In this document: piece after piece, positions 30,526-42,033 of the stretch
Layout: each line of letters starts with the position of its first letter
Numbering within the stretch: the first letter of the stretch is position 1
Origin: an uncultured delta proteobacterium
GTDB lineage: Bacteria > Myxococcota > Myxococcia > Myxococcales > Myxococcaceae
NCBI GenBank assembly: GCA_963776345.1
Contig: CAVZMH010000017.1
Location: 224,001 to 288,000 of the forward strand
Reading direction: 5' to 3'
DNA: 64,000 nucleotides
Made by a program: the position numbers and the translations under genes
Notes under the pieces: generated by a model
Databases searched by the model: none
Seen by the model: only the letters and a program-made list of their open reading frames with translations
What the model was told of the DNA's origin: nothing

Positions 30526-31524
30526 ATGAAAGTCCTCTGTCCCTCCTGCGAGCGCCTCGTCGAGCTGGTGGATCTCCGCGTGGAGCGTGGCGGGCTCGTC
30601 GCGCGGTGCCCGGCATGCGGGGCCGAGCAGCGCCAGCAGCTGCCGGCCAGGCCGGTGACCGTCCCGTCCCCCAAGGCCGCGGCCCGGGCGGCCGCCCGGC
30701 CCGCGCCGCCGCCGCCGGACGAGGAGGACGAGAACGACGAGGGGCCGACCATCATCCTCCTCACCCCGACCTCGGATGCCGTGCCGCTCGCCGTGGCGCC
30801 TCCCGGGACGGCCGCCGTGCCGCGGCCCGCCGAGGTGGCGCGGTTCGATGGGGCGAAGCCGCCGGCCATCGCGCCGGTCGGCGCTCCCGTCGCCGCCGAG
30901 ACCGCGCCTCCGCCGAGGCGGGTGGTGGACGCCGAGTTCGCCCATCTCCTCGACCAGCTCGGGGACGTGCATCCCCCGACGCCGCCGCCGCAGTCGCTGC
31001 GTCCTCGCAACACCGGCGGCACGCCCGTCGTCCCGCCGCTCCAGGCCGGGGTCGCCCGCGGCTCGACCATCCAGATTCCCCCCGGCCATTGCCCCAAGTG
31101 CATCACCCCGCGGAGCCGCGAGGCGACCATCTGCCCGGCCTGCGGCCTGGTGTTCGCCAACTTCCGCGCCGAGGAGCACCAGCCCTCGGCGGCGCTGGAG
31201 TCGGCCTGGCGTGGGCTCGAGGAGCGCTGGACCAAGCAGGACGAGCACGAGAAGTTCCTGCAGCTGGCCTTCAACATGGACGAGCTGGCGAAGGCCGGAC
31301 GCCTCTACCGCATCAGGCTCGCCGCCACCCCGGACGACGGTCCGGCGAGGGCCGCGCTGGAGGTGATGGTGCGGATGGCCTCGACCGCCGCCGCCGCCGC
31401 CGCGAAGACCGACCCCGAGGAGCTGGCCCGGAACCGGCGCAAGGTGCTGGCGGTGAGCGCGATGCTCTTCTTCGTGATTCCCATCGCGGTGCTGCTGGTC
31501 AACTTCCTCCTCCGGGCTCACTAG
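30526..31524 (+). CDS. zinc-ribbon domain membrane protein
   Basis: CPSC/CPAC at the N-terminus, Pro-rich linker, CPKC/CPAC, C-terminal TM. Confidence 0.75.
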   Translation: MKVLCPSCERLVELVDLRVERGGLVARCPACGAEQRQQLPARPVTVPSPKAAARAAARPAPPPPDEEDENDEGPTIILLTPTSDAVPLAVAPPGTAAVPRPAEVARFDGAKPPAIAPVGAPVAAETAPPPRRVVDAEFAHLLDQLGDVHPPTPPPQSLRPRNTGGTPVVPPLQAGVARGSTIQIPPGHCPKCITPRSREATICPACGLVFANFRAEEHQPSAALESAWRGLEERWTKQDEHEKFLQLAFNMDELAKAGRLYRIRLAATPDDGPARAALEVMVRMASTAAAAAAKTDPEELARNRRKVLAVSAMLFFVIPIAVLLVNFLLRAH

Positions 31525-31525
31525 G

Positions 31526-33481
31526 GTGGACGAGCTCGCCGCGGTCCTGGGCCCGGGCGGCCGACTCTCCCGCGCGCTGGCCGGGTACGAGCACCGCCCA
31601 GAGCAGCTCACCCTGGCGCGCGAGGTGGCGCGGGCGTTCGACGAGCGGCGGATGCTGGTGGCCGAGGCCGGAACCGGGACGGGCAAGACGCTGGCCTACC
31701 TCGTCCCCGCCATCCTGAGCGGCCGGCGGGTCGTGGTCTCCACCGCCACCAAGAACCTCCAGGACCAGCTGTTCCACAAGGACCTCCCCCTGGTCCGCGA
31801 CACGCTCGGGCTCCCGGTGCGGGCCACGCTGATGAAGGGCCGGGCCAACTACCTGTGCCTGCACCGGCTGGAGCGGGCGCGGACCGGCGCGCTGCTCGAC
31901 TCGCGCGAGGACGCGGACGCCTTCGCCATGCTCCTCCGCTGGGCCGAGCGGACCGAGACCGGCGACCGGGCCGAGCTGATGCTCCCCGAGGGCTTCTCCG
32001 GCTGGCGCCAGGTGTCCACCACGCCCGAGGGGTGCCTCGGGACGCGCTGCCCTCAGCATGCGGCGTGCTTCGTCACCCGGCTCCGCCAGGAGGCCGAGGA
32101 GTCCCAGCTGGTGGTGGTGAACCACGCCCTCTTCTTCGCCGACCTGGTGGTGCGGACCGGCCGGGGGAACGGCGAGGGCGTGCTCCCGCGGTACGAGGCG
32201 GTCATCTTCGACGAGGCCCACGGGCTGGAGGACGCGGCCACCGAGTTCTTCGGGACGACGGTGAGCAGCCACCGCTTCGAGGAGCTCGCCCGGGACGCTC
32301 AGGCGGCGCTGCCGCTCGATGACGCACGCTCGGGCGTGCTCTCGGCGCTGGGCCTCAAGATCAGGGCGCAGGCCGAGGCGCTCTGGGCCGCGGCGCCCCG
32401 GGCGGTGGGGATGACCGAGGACGGGGCGGTGCGGCTCACCCCGCGGGCGCTGGCGCCGCTGGAGCGGCAAACGGCGGCGGTGCTCGAGGGCCTGGGCGCG
32501 CTGGGCGGGTACGCTGCGGGCCACGAGGAGCCGGACCTCGCGGCGCTGGCGCGGCGGGCGGCGGAGCTCGGGGCGGAGCTCGACTTCGTGCGGCGGGCGG
32601 ACGCGGCGGACCACGTGTACTGGGCCGAGGGCCGTGGGCGGGGGCTGTTCCTCCGCGCTGCCCCCATCTCGGTGGCCGACGCGATGCGCGAGCGGCTCTA
32701 CGGGGCGGTGGACACCGTGGTCTTCACCTCGGCCACGCTCCGGACCGGGAGCTCGTTCGAGTACTTCTGCCGGCAGGTGGGGCTGCTCGACGCCGAGGGC
32801 GAGGCGGTGGCGCCGCTCACCCAGCTCGCCGTCCCCTCGTCCTTCGACTACGCGCGCCAGTCGGCGCTGTATCTCCCGACCTCGCTCCCCGAGCCGCGCG
32901 AGCCCGGGTTCCCGGAGGCGGTGGCCGAGGAGATCGCCCGGCTGGTGGAGGTGACCGGAGGCCGGGCCTTCGCGCTCTTCACCTCGCTCAGGAACATGGA
33001 GCGGGTGCACGCGCTCCTCTCCGGGCGGCTCCCTTACCCGATGCTGCTCCAGGGCGAGGCGCCGAAGGCGGTGCTGCTCGACGCGTTCCAGTCGACGCCC
33101 AGCGTGCTGTTCGCCTCGGCGAGCTTCTGGGAGGGGGTGGACGTGCCCGGCGACGCGCTGTCGCTCGTCGTGCTGGACAAGCTCCCCTTCGCCTCGCCCA
33201 CCCACCCGGTGGTCGCGGCCCGCATCGAGGCGCTGGAGGAAGCGGGCCGCGAGCCGTTCTCCAGCTACCAGCTGCCGGAGGCGGCCCTCGCCCTCCGACA
33301 GGGATTCGGGCGCCTCATCCGGACCCGGACCGACCGCGGCATCGTGGCGCTCCTCGACGTGCGAGTGGGGCGCAAGGCCTACGGCCGTCAGCTGCTCGCG
33401 GGCCTGCCCCCGGCGCGGCGGTTCAAGGAGATCGGACCGCTGGAGGAGTGGTTCCGGGGCGGCGAGCCGCGCGACGGGTGA
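31526..33481 (+). CDS. DinG/YoaA family ATP-dependent DNA helicase (Fe-S)
   Basis: EAGTGTGKT, KGRANYLC, Cys cluster, VNHAL, DEAH, TSATL, FWEGVDV, QGFGRLIR. Confidence 0.95.
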   Translation: MDELAAVLGPGGRLSRALAGYEHRPEQLTLAREVARAFDERRMLVAEAGTGTGKTLAYLVPAILSGRRVVVSTATKNLQDQLFHKDLPLVRDTLGLPVRATLMKGRANYLCLHRLERARTGALLDSREDADAFAMLLRWAERTETGDRAELMLPEGFSGWRQVSTTPEGCLGTRCPQHAACFVTRLRQEAEESQLVVVNHALFFADLVVRTGRGNGEGVLPRYEAVIFDEAHGLEDAATEFFGTTVSSHRFEELARDAQAALPLDDARSGVLSALGLKIRAQAEALWAAAPRAVGMTEDGAVRLTPRALAPLERQTAAVLEGLGALGGYAAGHEEPDLAALARRAAELGAELDFVRRADAADHVYWAEGRGRGLFLRAAPISVADAMRERLYGAVDTVVFTSATLRTGSSFEYFCRQVGLLDAEGEAVAPLTQLAVPSSFDYARQSALYLPTSLPEPREPGFPEAVAEEIARLVEVTGGRAFALFTSLRNMERVHALLSGRLPYPMLLQGEAPKAVLLDAFQSTPSVLFASASFWEGVDVPGDALSLVVLDKLPFASPTHPVVAARIEALEEAGREPFSSYQLPEAALALRQGFGRLIRTRTDRGIVALLDVRVGRKAYGRQLLAGLPPARRFKEIGPLEEWFRGGEPRDG

Positions 33482-33511
33482 GAGGAGCCGACGCTCCAGC
33501 GGCGGCCTCGC

Positions 33512-34636
33512 TCAGCGCGCGGTGGCGCGGAGCCCGTCCGGGAACAGCTCGGGCGACTCGAGGTGCACCAGCGGGATGTCCAGCGTGCACAGGAGGCCCG
33601 CGTTCTCGTGGTTGACCTGGAGGCCGTGGTCCTTCGGGTAGAGCTGGTCCAGCCGGTGCCGGAGCCGGTGGAGCCGGTCCGCCGCCTCGGTCACCTCGGC
33701 CCCGGGCTGCGCGGTGGCGAGCTGGTGCAGGCGGATCCGCAGCCGCCCCTCGGCGACCGTCGCCGACAGCTCGACCGCCCCCTCCCACGGGGACGCGGGC
33801 AGCTCGGCGAGCTGGAACAGGGCGAGCGACGGCACCTCGGCGGTGAGCGCCTCGGCCGCGATGTCGACCCGGGTCCGGAGCCGGCCGGGCGCGCGGATCT
33901 GCTGCAGCGCCAGGTAGGCCTGGAGGAACTCCAGCTCCTGCCGCAGCGAGACCCGCTCCTGCCCCAGCGTCGCCAGGGTCAGCCGGAGCACGTCGCTCAG
34001 CCGGGCGAGGAGCTGCACCGCCTGGGTCGAGGCGCCCGAGCGGACGAACTCGGCGGTGGTCCGGAGCGTGTCCTCGAGGAGCTGGGGGTGGAGCTGGACG
34101 CGCAGCTGGTCCAGCTGGGCGCGGGCCAGCTCGGCCTCCAGCCGGACCGCGGTCAGCGCCTCCCTCCGCAGGCGCCGGCGGAGCTCGATCGTCCCCAGGA
34201 TGCCGACGATGGCCAGGTAGTTGATACCCGGCCCGACGAGGCTCCGGAAGCTCACCAGGAACACGCGGCCCGGGGGAAGCTTGCGCAGCGAGGGTGGGCC
34301 GGTGAAGCGCGAGAGCAGCGCCTGCGCGCCGCTGAAGTACACCATCACCCCCAGGAAGCCGGCCAGGAGCGCTCCGAGCAGCACCGCGGGGCGGGCCCGG
34401 GTGGAGACCAGCCGGCGCACCGGGCCCGAGACCACCGCGAGCACCGGGACCCACAGCAGCCACAGGGCGAGATTCCAGAGGCGGTAGGCCGCGCGGATCT
34501 GGAGCGGCATCTCGTTGCGCATCTGCAGCCAGTTCAGGCCGGCCAGCGCCGCGGCGCCGGCGAGCGCGACCGCCCACCACCCGACCCGGGACCACCCCCG
34601 GCGAGGCGCCGCAGGGGCTGGGGTGGAGGAGCTCAC
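33512..34636 (-). CDS. LytS-like sensor with degenerate kinase core (probable pseudokinase)
   Basis: Paralog of 35398..36486, but QLHPQLLEDTL replaces QLHPHFLFNTL and the N/G1/G2 boxes are missing. Confidence 0.75.
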   Translation of the reverse strand: MSSSTPAPAAPRRGWSRVGWWAVALAGAAALAGLNWLQMRNEMPLQIRAAYRLWNLALWLLWVPVLAVVSGPVRRLVSTRARPAVLLGALLAGFLGVMVYFSGAQALLSRFTGPPSLRKLPPGRVFLVSFRSLVGPGINYLAIVGILGTIELRRRLRREALTAVRLEAELARAQLDQLRVQLHPQLLEDTLRTTAEFVRSGASTQAVQLLARLSDVLRLTLATLGQERVSLRQELEFLQAYLALQQIRAPGRLRTRVDIAAEALTAEVPSLALFQLAELPASPWEGAVELSATVAEGRLRIRLHQLATAQPGAEVTEAADRLHRLRHRLDQLYPKDHGLQVNHENAGLLCTLDIPLVHLESPELFPDGLRATAR

Positions 34637-34646
34637 CCGGGCCTCT

Positions 34647-35405
34647 CTACCGCAGCTGCCGGATGCGTGCCTGCTGGCTCCGGGCGACCGGCAGCTCGGC
34701 TCCGGTCGCGAGCACCGCCACCAGGCCGCCGCTGCCCGTCCGGCGAAGCTCGCGCAGCACCCGGCGGTTGACGATGGCCGTCCGGTGGATGCGAACGAAG
34801 CGCATGGGGTCGAGCCGGGCCTCGAGCGCCGCCATCGACTCGCGGTGCAGGTAGGTGCGCGCGCCCACGTGCAGCTCGACGTAGTAGTCGGCCGATTCGA
34901 TCCAGTCGATCTCCTCGGCCTCGAGGAAGATGATGCGCCCGCGGTCACGAACCACGATGCGGGCCGACGGGGCCGAGACCAGTCCCGCCTCCACCGCCTT
35001 GGCCCGGAGCTGCTCGCCGATCCGTGCCGCCTCCTCGCGCGACAGCAGCTCCTTGGCCCGGACGAGCGTGTCGCGGAAGCGTGAGTCCTCGTACGGCTTG
35101 AGCAGGTAGTCGAAGGCGTGCACCCGGAACGCCTCGAGCGCGTACTGATCGTACGCGGTCACGAAGACCACCATCGGGAGGGGTGCCTCGGCACGGGCCA
35201 GCACCTCGAAGCCGCTGCCGCCCGGCATCTGCACGTCGAGGAAGCAGAGCTGCGGATGGGTCCGCGCCAGGAGCGCCACCGCCTCGTCGCCGCTGCCCGC
35301 CTCGCCCACCACCTTCACCCCGGGGTCCTCGGCCAGGAGCATCCGCAGGCCCTCCCGGGCCAGCGGCTCGTCGTCCACCACCGCCACGGTCACTGGCTCA
35401 GGCAC
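34647..35405 (-). CDS. LytTR family response regulator
   Basis: VVDDEPLAR, FLDVQMP, FVTAYD, DYLLKP, LytTR FVRIHRTAIVN. Confidence 0.95.
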   Translation of the reverse strand: MPEPVTVAVVDDEPLAREGLRMLLAEDPGVKVVGEAGSGDEAVALLARTHPQLCFLDVQMPGGSGFEVLARAEAPLPMVVFVTAYDQYALEAFRVHAFDYLLKPYEDSRFRDTLVRAKELLSREEAARIGEQLRAKAVEAGLVSAPSARIVVRDRGRIIFLEAEEIDWIESADYYVELHVGARTYLHRESMAALEARLDPMRFVRIHRTAIVNRRVLRELRRTGSGGLVAVLATGAELPVARSQQARIRQLR

Positions 35406-36486
35406 GCACCACCTCCGGACCACGGAAAGGAATCGCCAGCAGCGACTCGACCCCGCCCTCGGCACGGTTCGCGACGCGGAACCGGTGCTGCCCGGGGTAC
35501 AGATGCTGGAGCCGCGCGCGCACGTTGCGCAGCCCCACGCCTCCCGGCGACTCGGAGCCGTCGGTGAGGCCCACGCCGGTGTCGCGGACGCGCAGGACCA
35601 GCTGCTCGCCCTCGCGCACCGCAGCGACCTCCACCGAGCCTCCGGTGACCGACGGGGCGATGCCGTGGCGCACGGCATTCTCCGCCAGCGGCTGCAGCAC
35701 CAGGCTCGGCACGCGTGCGTCGAGCGTCTCCGGCGCGATGTGCATCGTGATCCGCAGCCGGTCCGGGAAGCGGATCTGCTGCAGGCAGAGGTAGCGCTCG
35801 AGGAAGTCCAGCTCCTGCCGGAGCGGCACCTCCTGCTGCCCCACCGTCGCCAGCGCGAGCCGGAGCAGGTCGCTGAGCCCGGCGATCATCCGCACCGCCG
35901 TGTCGCCCTCGCCCTTGCGGACCAGCATCGAGATGGCGTTCAGGGTGTTGAAGAGGAAGTGCGGATGGAGCTGGACCCGGAGCGAGTCCAGCTCGGCCTT
36001 CGCCAGCTCGGCCTGGAGCCGCGCGCCCGCCAGCTCCTGGGCGCGCAGCTTTCGCCGCAGGTCGATGGCCAGGAGCACTCCCACGCTCATGACGTAGACC
36101 AGCGTGTCCAGGAACGCGCTCTTGCTCACCGAGTCCCAGAGCGCCGTTCCCAGCGGCATCTTCCGCATGCTGTACGGCCCGACCACCCGCGACAGAAGCG
36201 CCAGGCAGCCCTCCTGGATGAAGACGAAGGCCGTGCAGGTGATCACGTGGACCGTGCCGACGCGCAGCGCCCCGTACCGCTCGAGGGTGACCCGCCGCAC
36301 CAGCCAGGCCAGGGGCGGGATGAGGAACGCCCAGAGGACCCAGCCCGAATAGAACCAGAGGAACCGGTGGGTCCCCCAGCTGCCCACCATCTCCTGCGCC
36401 CAGGTCTTGGACTGGAGCCCGACGATCACGCCGGGGATGGACCAGAGGAGGACGAGGCCGGCGAACCGGCGCAGGGAGGCGAGCAT
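35398..36486 (-). CDS. LytS/YehU-type sensor histidine kinase
   Basis: 4 TM, QLHPHFLFNTLN, LQPLAENAVRHG, DTGVG, GVGLRNV. Confidence 0.93.
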   Translation of the reverse strand: MLASLRRFAGLVLLWSIPGVIVGLQSKTWAQEMVGSWGTHRFLWFYSGWVLWAFLIPPLAWLVRRVTLERYGALRVGTVHVITCTAFVFIQEGCLALLSRVVGPYSMRKMPLGTALWDSVSKSAFLDTLVYVMSVGVLLAIDLRRKLRAQELAGARLQAELAKAELDSLRVQLHPHFLFNTLNAISMLVRKGEGDTAVRMIAGLSDLLRLALATVGQQEVPLRQELDFLERYLCLQQIRFPDRLRITMHIAPETLDARVPSLVLQPLAENAVRHGIAPSVTGGSVEVAAVREGEQLVLRVRDTGVGLTDGSESPGGVGLRNVRARLQHLYPGQHRFRVANRAEGGVESLLAIPFRGPEVVRA

Positions 36487-36648
36487 GAGGGGCCGCAAGG
36501 AGAACGTGCGTATGTACGGACGATTCCGTCGGTCCCCCGGAACCTGCAGCCAGCGAGGTGGCTCCCGCAGCGGATGGCGGGCGGGGGGGCCGATGCGGAG
36601 TCTACCCCCCGTTCAGGGGGGCGGCGCAGGGGTCGCCCCCTTCGGGGC

Positions 36649-37185
36649 TCAGAGCTCGCGAGACATGAGAAGCCGGAGCTTCCCGGACTTCTTGCTCACC
36701 ACCGTCGCCACCGTGGTGAACCCGGCCTTCCGGTAGAAGGCCACTGCCGGTGCGTTCGCCGGATCCACCCGAAGTGCCAGGGTTTTCCGGTACATGTCGC
36801 GGGCCACACCCAGGGCGTGGTCCAGGAGCGCCATCCCCACCCCGCGGTGGCGCAGCTCGGGCTTGACCACGATGTTCCGCATGTAGGCGGCGCCGGCCAC
36901 CGGGCCGTCCCGCTCCACGGTCACGTAGCCCACGATCTGGCCCTGGAGGCGCGCCACGTAGACGAAGGGGCGCAGCTGGGTGAGGGCCTGGAGTGACTCC
37001 TCCGGAGTCTCGCCCCGCTTCGCCCAGGGTTCCGAGGTGCCCCGGAGCGCGGCCACCGGCTGGAGCTCCGCGTCTCCCAGGGGGCCAAACTTGAGAGCGG
37101 CCGGGAGATTGGCGGGCAGGCTGGCGACGTCGAGCGGCGGCAAGGTCGGCTGCTCAGTGAGGGTCTCCACCCGCTTCATCGTCAT
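36649..37185 (-). CDS. GNAT family N-acetyltransferase
   Basis: V.PELRHRGVG acetyl-CoA motif; N..AVAFYRKAGF. Confidence 0.88.
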   Translation of the reverse strand: MTMKRVETLTEQPTLPPLDVASLPANLPAALKFGPLGDAELQPVAALRGTSEPWAKRGETPEESLQALTQLRPFVYVARLQGQIVGYVTVERDGPVAGAAYMRNIVVKPELRHRGVGMALLDHALGVARDMYRKTLALRVDPANAPAVAFYRKAGFTTVATVVSKKSGKLRLLMSREL

Positions 37186-37375
37186 CTCCGCCACCCCCTC
37201 GTCCCTTCGGGGGATCCTAACCTCTTGGTTCCTATCCGTGCACGTACCGAAACGAGGGGTCCGCTGTGGTCGAGGGTCGGACCGAGGCCGCCATTCTCGA
37301 CGTGCGCCGCCCTCCTGTATTCTCCTGGGCTGACTCCGGGCACAGCCACCCCATGCGCGTGCCGGGGTCGTCCTC

Positions 37376-38073
37376 GTGCAACTCAACCACGCCCAGCGCG
37401 AACTGACGGTCAAGGTCGTCTACTACGGCCCCGGCCTGTCCGGGAAAACGACCAATCTCCAGATGATCCACGCCCGCACCGGGAGCGAGGGGCGGGGAAA
37501 GCTGCTCACGGTCGAGACCCACGACGACCGCACCCTGTTCTTCGATCTGCTGCCGGTCTTCTTCCACACCAAGGGCGGCTACACGGTGAAGGTGAAGCTG
37601 TTCACCGTTCCCGGCCAGGTCATCCACAACGCCACCCGGCGGGTGGTGCTCCAGAACGCCGACGCGGTCGCCTTCATCGCCGACAGCCGGCGCAGCGCGG
37701 GCCAGGAGAACAACCAGTACTGGAGCAACCTGCAGGACAACATGCGGGAGAACGGGCTCAACGCGGCCCAGGTCCCGATCGTGATCCAGTTCAACAAGCG
37801 GGATCTGCCGGACACCAAGACCGACGCCGAGCTCGAGGAGACCCGCGCGCGGGGCAAGGAGCCGGTCATCGGCGCGGTGGCGATCCGCGGCGAGGGCGTG
37901 CTGGAGACGCTGTTCGCGGTGCTTCAGCTCGCCTACCGCAAGATGGACGAGCAGGCAGGCCTGAGCCGGAACATCGGGCTCGGCGAGGCCGAGTTCCTGA
38001 AGCTCATCTTCGCCCGCATGGACACCGCCGGGACCCAGGTCGCCGAGTGGCTGGCCAGCGGGGGAGGCCCGCG

Positions 38074-38077
<4 letters not shown>
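37376..38077 (+). CDS. MglA-family small GTPase (SofG-like)
   Basis: KVVYYGPGLSGKTTN, RTLFFD, TVPGQ, NKRD; C-terminal extension; no mglB adjacent. Confidence 0.88.
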
Positions 38078-39597
<1,520 letters not shown>

Positions 39598-39611
39598 TCG
39601 AGGCCCTGTCC

Positions 39612-40592
39612 GTGGGCCCGGAGTTCCAGCTCATCGAGGCCTTCGTCGGCGCGGCCCGCGCCTCGCCGCCCGCGCCGGCCGGGCCGGGTGACGACACCGC
39701 GGTGCTGCCCCGGCCGCGCGGCGAGATCTGCGTCACCGTGGACGCGGTGGTGGAGGACGTGCACTTCCGCCGCGCGAGCAGCCGGCTCCAGGACGTGGGC
39801 CACAAGGCCCTGGCGGTCAACCTCTCGGACCTTGCCGCGATGGGCGCGCGTCCGCGCTGGGCGCTGGTGGCGCTGGGCGTGCCGCGGGGGTTCTCGCTCC
39901 GCGAGGCGCGCGCGCTCGGGGCCGGGTTCGGGGCGCTGGCCCGTGAGACCGGCACCGCGCTCGTCGGCGGCAACGTCACCCGGGCGCCGGGCCTGTCGGT
40001 GACCGTGACGGTCGGCGGCGAGGTGGCTGCGGGGCGCGCGCTGCTCCGCGCGGGCGCCCGGCCGGGGGAGGTGGTCTGGGTGTCCGGGACGCTCGGGGAT
40101 GCCCGGCTCGGTCTCGCGCTGATGGAGCGTCCGGGCGGCGTGGAGGCGAGGCGTCTCCGGCGTCGTCCGCGTCTCGCCGGCGAGGCGCGCGCGCGGCAGC
40201 GGCGTCCGTCGCCGCGGCTCGAGCTCGGAGCGGCGCTGATCGGCCTCGCCTCCTCGTGCATCGACCTGAGCGACGGACTGGTGCAGGACGCGGGACACCT
40301 GGCGGCATCGAGCGGCGTCGCGCTGGGCCTCGCGCTCACCGCACTCCCCTGCTCCGGAGCGCTCGAGGCGGCGTACCCCGAGGCGGGGGAGCGTGCCCGC
40401 ACCGCGGCCGCCGGGGGCGAGGACTACGAGCTGCTCTTCACCGCTCCAGCCTCGCGCCGGGCCGCGGTGAATCGCCTCGCCCGCCGGCTCGGCCTGCGCC
40501 TCACGCCCATCGGGGAGGTGCGCGCCGGGCGCGGGGTCCACGTGGCCGGGGCCCGGGCGAGCAGCCTCCGGGGATTCGACCACCTGGCCTGA
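39612..40592 (+). CDS. thiL: thiamine-phosphate kinase
   Basis: EFQLI, GPGDD, VHF, NLSDLAAMGA, DLSDGL, GGEDYELLF, GFDH. Confidence 0.93.
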   Translation: MGPEFQLIEAFVGAARASPPAPAGPGDDTAVLPRPRGEICVTVDAVVEDVHFRRASSRLQDVGHKALAVNLSDLAAMGARPRWALVALGVPRGFSLREARALGAGFGALARETGTALVGGNVTRAPGLSVTVTVGGEVAAGRALLRAGARPGEVVWVSGTLGDARLGLALMERPGGVEARRLRRRPRLAGEARARQRRPSPRLELGAALIGLASSCIDLSDGLVQDAGHLAASSGVALGLALTALPCSGALEAAYPEAGERARTAAAGGEDYELLFTAPASRRAAVNRLARRLGLRLTPIGEVRAGRGVHVAGARASSLRGFDHLA

Positions 40593-40643
40593 CGGGCCGC
40601 CCGGGTCCGCGACGATGTAACCTGGCGGGAAGTCGACTCATTT

Positions 40644-40696
40644 CGAGGTGTCCCACGACGAGGTGTCAGACACCTCGTCATGGACACCTCGTCATG
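40644..40696. repeat. palindromic REP-like repeat locus E with tandem half-site duplications
   Basis: CGAGGTGTC...GACGAGGTGTC-A-GACACCTCGTC (perfect palindrome 40657-40679); GACACCTCGTCATG x2. Confidence 0.85.
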
Positions 40697-40814
40697 ACGG
40701 GACTCGTCGGCCTCGTCGTGGCGGCGACAACGTCGAGCCACGCCGTCGTCGTGACGGAGGAGCGACGCGGCGATCCGGCGACAGGCTGCACCGGGACCGG
40801 AGGACGACAGCGGC

Positions 40815-41834
40815 GTGAAATACCTGGTGACCGGCGGGGCGGGCTTCATTGGCTGCAACGCAGCACGACGGTGGATGGAGCGCGGGCACGACGTCGTCGT
40901 CCTCGACGACCTGTCGCGCCGGGGCGCGGACAGCAACCTCGCCTGGCTCCGCACGCAGGGGCGCTTTACCTTCGAGCGGGTCGACATCCGCGACCCCGCC
41001 GCGCTCGACGCCGCCCTGGCCCGCCACCCGGACACGCAGGTCATCGCCCACCTCGCCGCGCAGGTCGCGGTCACCACCTCGGTCACCGAGCCACGCCACG
41101 ACTTCGAGGTGAACGCCCTCGGCACCTTCAACCTGCTCGAGTCCGTGCGCCGCCACGCGCCCTCCGCCGCGTTCCTCTACGCCTCCACCAACAAGGTCTA
41201 CGGCGGGCTGGAGCACGTCGGGGTCGAGCTGCGCAACGGCCGCTACGCCTTCCACGACCGGCCGCGCGGCATCTCCGAGGAGGAGCCGCTCGACTTCCAC
41301 TCGCCGTACGGCTGCAGCAAGGGCGCCGCCGACCAGTACGTGCGCGACTACGCGCGCATCTACGGGCTGCGCACCGTGGTCTTCCGCCAGTCGTGCATCT
41401 ACGGGTGGCGGCAGTTCGGCGTCGAGGACCAGGGCTGGGTCGCCTGGTTCACCATCGCCGCGGTCACCGGGAAGCCGGTCACCATCTACGGGGACGGACG
41501 CCAGGTGCGAGATCTCCTGTTCGTGGACGACCTCTGCGAGGCCTACGACGCCGCGGTGGAGCGCATCGACCGCGCCAGCGGCCAGGTGTTCAACCTCGGG
41601 GGCGGGCCCGACAACACGCTGTCGCTGCTCGAGCTGGTGGAGCAGCTGGACCGCCTCACCGGGCGTCCGCTCCGCCCGGCGTTCTCCGGCTGGCGCCCGG
41701 GGGACCAGCCGGTCTTCGTCGCCGACGTCACCCGCGCCGCCGAGGCCCTGGGCTGGCGTCCGCGCACCGGCGTGGCGGAGGGCGTCCAGAAGCTCGCCGG
41801 CTGGGTCCAGGAAAACCGAGCTCTCTTCGAGTGA
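40815..41834 (+). CDS. NAD-dependent sugar epimerase, CDP-paratose 2-epimerase (RfbE)-like
   Basis: [53 protein letters not shown]. Confidence 0.85.
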   Translation: MKYLVTGGAGFIGCNAARRWMERGHDVVVLDDLSRRGADSNLAWLRTQGRFTFERVDIRDPAALDAALARHPDTQVIAHLAAQVAVTTSVTEPRHDFEVNALGTFNLLESVRRHAPSAAFLYASTNKVYGGLEHVGVELRNGRYAFHDRPRGISEEEPLDFHSPYGCSKGAADQYVRDYARIYGLRTVVFRQSCIYGWRQFGVEDQGWVAWFTIAAVTGKPVTIYGDGRQVRDLLFVDDLCEAYDAAVERIDRASGQVFNLGGGPDNTLSLLELVEQLDRLTGRPLRPAFSGWRPGDQPVFVADVTRAAEALGWRPRTGVAEGVQKLAGWVQENRALFE

Positions 41835-41837
41835 GGG

Positions 41838-41860
41838 CCCTCCCCGCCGTGTGGGGAGGG
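41838..41860 (+). terminator. GC hairpin CCCTCCCC-N7-GGGGAGGG (terminator or REP-like)
   Basis: 8-bp stem 3 nt after the epimerase stop; no strong U-tract. Confidence 0.35.
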
Positions 41861-42033
41861 GTGTTCTCCGCAGCACGCCGCGTGCCCGGAATGTGAAATC
41901 CGGTCGGCCCTGCGCCAGAATCACGGGCCCGATGGCACTGGTGCCCCCGCCGACCCGGAACGGAACGGTTCGCCGCTCCGTGCTGGACGAGTTTCCCGCC
42001 GCCCGGCCGCGGCGGGCCGCGCCGGTGCGCCGC

